From the NCBI GenBank assembly GCA_965208905.1, contig OZ242365.1:960001-1024000 (forward strand): a stretch of DNA of 64,000 nt, given 5' to 3'. Below, in pieces: positions 61,210-64,000 of the stretch. The position numbers and the translations under genes are program-made. The notes under the pieces are model-generated. The model did not search any database and was not told where the DNA came from. It saw nothing but the letters and a program-made list of their open reading frames with translations. How positions within the stretch are numbered: the stretch's first letter is position 1; each line of letters begins with the position of its first letter. The DNA is from Nitrosopumilaceae archaeon. GTDB lineage: Archaea; Thermoproteota; Nitrososphaeria; Nitrososphaerales; Nitrosopumilaceae.

Positions 61210-62352
61210 ATGAGTAAGGTATTGGGAGTTATAGGCGGGGGTCAACTAGGCATGATGCTCACGCAGGCAAGCTCTCGCATGAGTGATATATCCAAAGTAA
61301 TAGTACTAGACCCCACAGAGGGTTGCCCTGCAGCGCAAGTTGGCGCAGAACAGATACAGGCTTCATTTGATGATGCTACCGCCATAAAAAAACTAGCCTC
61401 ACTATCTGATGTCATAACATACGAGATAGAGTCTGGTGACAGCTACGTTTTAGAGTCTCTACAGGATGTTGCGGAGATAAACCCATCACCGCAGACCCTG
61501 CGCATAATACAAGACAAATATACACAGAAAGAGTTCTTGTCTCAAAATAACATACCTGCCCCGGACTTTGCCATGATATCATCATACGATGATATAGTAT
61601 CTGCTGCCTCAAAGTTTGGTTATCCTATACTCTTAAAGGCCCGAAGAGGCGGATATGATGGCCGGGGAAACTACAAAGTAGACTCTATACGCGACATACA
61701 AAGAGCTCTAGACTATTTTGGTGATACACCATTAATGGCAGAAGAGTTTGTGCCATATGTGATGGAGATATCCGTTATAATATCTCGAAACATATCTGGG
61801 CAAATTGAACACTATCCCGCCGTTGAGAACATTCATGAACACAACATACTGCGCCAGACCATATCGCCTGCCCGCATATCGCCAAGTCTGGCAGATAAAG
61901 CTGCTGATATAGCAATGAAGACTGTAAATGTACTTCAGGGAGCCGGAGTATTTGGGATAGAGATGTTCTTACTACCTGATGACACAATACTGATAAATGA
62001 GATCGCCCCCCGGGTCCACAACTCTGGCCATCACACAATGCATTCTGCAGCGACCTCCCAGTTTGAGCAGCATATACGTGCCGTATCGGGCATGGATTTG
62101 GGCAGTACCAAACTACATGGGCCTGCCGTTATGTATAACATACTGGGCCCACCAAACTTTACTGGCGAGTATATGTCCCCACAAATATCACATGATGCAT
62201 CGCATCTTGTCATGTATGGCAAAAAGATATCAAAACCCCTTCGAAAACTAGGCCACATCAACATACACGACAACAAAGAGTACACCGTATCACAACTGTT
62301 GGATATACTAGAGTCCATAAAACCACAGGCTGCTATCTCACCAATCTATTAA
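61210..62352 (+). CDS. purK: N5-CAIR synthase
   Basis: GGGQLG.M, GGYDGRG, NEIAPRVHNSGH, RKLGH. Confidence 0.97.
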   Translation: MSKVLGVIGGGQLGMMLTQASSRMSDISKVIVLDPTEGCPAAQVGAEQIQASFDDATAIKKLASLSDVITYEIESGDSYVLESLQDVAEINPSPQTLRIIQDKYTQKEFLSQNNIPAPDFAMISSYDDIVSAASKFGYPILLKARRGGYDGRGNYKVDSIRDIQRALDYFGDTPLMAEEFVPYVMEISVIISRNISGQIEHYPAVENIHEHNILRQTISPARISPSLADKAADIAMKTVNVLQGAGVFGIEMFLLPDDTILINEIAPRVHNSGHHTMHSAATSQFEQHIRAVSGMDLGSTKLHGPAVMYNILGPPNFTGEYMSPQISHDASHLVMYGKKISKPLRKLGHINIHDNKEYTVSQLLDILESIKPQAAISPIY

Positions 62353-62531
62353 TCAAACGATACACCACATAATCTCTCTTGTATTATGCGAATATTAGTG
62401 CCAGCCGACACATTTAGGCCAATACTTGATGTGTGATGCCACACAGTCTACAGTATGGGATTACTGCTCGCCAAGGACACTATACGCAGATGTGATGATT
62501 TATTAGTGAATTACCAACCAATTAAACTACA

Positions 62532-62918
62532 ATGGCTATTGTTGCAGGGTTTGTTATGGCATCTGTGGGGTTGGCCATGCTCATAATATATGGCGCCGAT
62601 GTGGCAGTTGGGGGTGGCGGCGCCGGTGATGGATTTCTCCCACTAGATGGAATGACAAGAGGCATAGGATTTGGTATGCCTCCCATAATACTTGCATTTG
62701 TGGCCTTCTTTATCACTCGTCAAGAAGCGTCTATACCTTTGGGCGTCATACTATTGGCGATTGGAATTTTGGTAATTGTAGGCGGTGCTCATACGGTGGC
62801 AAACGTTGATGCTGAATCTGCGGCTCGAGCCATGGGTGAGGGTGGCTCGCTTATCGGCGTAGGTGCTGTCATTGCAGTTCTGGGCGGAATAAAGATCAAA
62901 AAATCCACCTCTCTATAG
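62532..62918 (+). CDS. Hypothetical membrane protein
   Basis: Four hydrophobic segments. Confidence 0.75.
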   Translation: MAIVAGFVMASVGLAMLIIYGADVAVGGGGAGDGFLPLDGMTRGIGFGMPPIILAFVAFFITRQEASIPLGVILLAIGILVIVGGAHTVANVDAESAARAMGEGGSLIGVGAVIAVLGGIKIKKSTSL

Positions 62919-63039
62919 ATATGCCTACATGCGCAAAATGTCATAGTGTGGTACAAAAAGTATATGATTGTGATCACACAAAATACGCAGGTTACTGCAA
63001 GGAGTGTTATATGGAGCTACACTATACTCTCACAGAACC

Positions 63040-63558
63040 ATGAACTGGTTTGAGTCACTCATACAACCAATCTTGTCTACAATAGCCGAGAACGTCTATC
63101 CTGGTGTCTTCATCGCGGCATTTTTAGAGACTATACTGCCCCCAATACCCAGCGAGATAGTATTCCCTCTGGCCGGATACAGCATACTTACAGCTCAGAT
63201 GGCTTGGCCTCACATAATAGGTGTGGGGGTGGCTGGCGGAAGTGGAGCTACTTTGGGTGCGTATATAATATTTCTAGTCGCAAAGAAGGTGGGACGACTA
63301 GGACTACTAAAATACATGAACCGCATACGGCTTACTGAGTCAAAACTACTCCGGGCAGAGAGATGGTTTGCCAAATATGGCGACAAATCAGTTCTGATTG
63401 GACGATGCATTCCCGCAGTCCGTGAGTTGGTATCCATACCTGCTGGCATACTCAACATGAATAGTGTAAAGTTTTTGCTGTATACATTTGCTGGCTCATG
63501 CGCTTGGAGTACGGGCCTTACTGCCGTCGGTTACTACTTTGGCGTCGCTACACTCTAA
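63040..63558 (+). CDS. DedA family membrane protein
   Basis: LET..PPIPSE, WFAKYG, GR.IP.VR..VSIPAG. Confidence 0.93.
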   Translation: MNWFESLIQPILSTIAENVYPGVFIAAFLETILPPIPSEIVFPLAGYSILTAQMAWPHIIGVGVAGGSGATLGAYIIFLVAKKVGRLGLLKYMNRIRLTESKLLRAERWFAKYGDKSVLIGRCIPAVRELVSIPAGILNMNSVKFLLYTFAGSCAWSTGLTAVGYYFGVATL

Positions 63559-64000
63559 TTCATTACAAGCATATCATTCTGTATTATACCCATGATGGGC
63601 ACATCCATCATACCCTCTAGACTTTTTTGTAGTACATCTATACTGTACCCATCATGGTGCATCTTGTTTAATATTATACCATCTAACTGCACATTCCTGA
63701 ATCTGCATACATGTACACTCATTATGCAATGATTGACTGCGCCTATCTTGTTGTCTGAGACTATGATGGCCGGCAGTCCCATGTCTCGGGCAAGATCCAT
63801 CATATAATAGTCGTGTAGTATGGGCACCATGCAACCACCCATGCCCTCGACCACCATCGCATCGAATCTGGACTCTAATGCTCTGTACTGTTGTATTATA
63901 TTCTGCGGGTCTGGCGAAGCATAACCCATCACACATCTGGTGTATGGCGATGCTTCCATCTCTTGATGATCTGGATTTATACTTGAATCTGGTATTACAC
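63555..64000 (-). CDS. bioD: Dethiobiotin synthase (5' part outside the window)
   Basis: ASP, VVEGMGG.MVPI, KIGAVNH, GIILN. Confidence 0.9.
   Translation of the reverse strand, partial: VIPDSSINPDHQEMEASPYTRCVMGYASPDPQNIIQQYRALESRFDAMVVEGMGGCMVPILHDYYMMDLARDMGLPAIIVSDNKIGAVNHCIMSVHVCRFRNVQLDGIILNKMHHDGYSIDVLQKSLEGMMDVPIMGIIQNDMLVMN

Overview
Chromosomal window of an ammonia-oxidising archaeon (Nitrososphaerota/Thaumarchaeota, Nitrosopumilaceae-like). The assignment rests on archaeal rps2/rpo10/eIF6/TFB, IPxWIK-repeat proteins, a phaEC-phasin-AbrB cluster and compact overlapping genes. Two accessory layers sit on the housekeeping backbone. (1) A complete type I-G (I-U) CRISPR-Cas locus: cas4-cas1 fusion, cas2, an array of about 128 repeats, cas3 with C-terminal HD, a small Cas8g2/Csb3, Csb1 and an unusually long Csb2 with two Cas6-like modules. 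(2) Five tnpB-bearing elements, four full-length with intact RuvC D/E/D residues and one internally deleted. The main result is that these tnpB elements do not look like canonical IS200/IS605 or IS607 elements. Each is bounded by short GG-starting terminal inverted repeats (TIRs) and an 8-9 bp target-site duplication (TSD): perfect in three, 7/8 in one, 6/8 in one. These are hallmarks of DDE transposons, yet no transposase lies inside. At least four different TIR types occur, and one TIR type carries two dissimilar TnpBs. This points to a family of non-autonomous, DDE-mobilised TnpB cassettes, analogous to the way Fanzors ride eukaryotic DDE elements. An IS1595-family transposase pseudogene, two tRNAs, a DtxR-like operator and a CarH-like B12 sensor are also present. 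All calls were made by eye, with no database searches.
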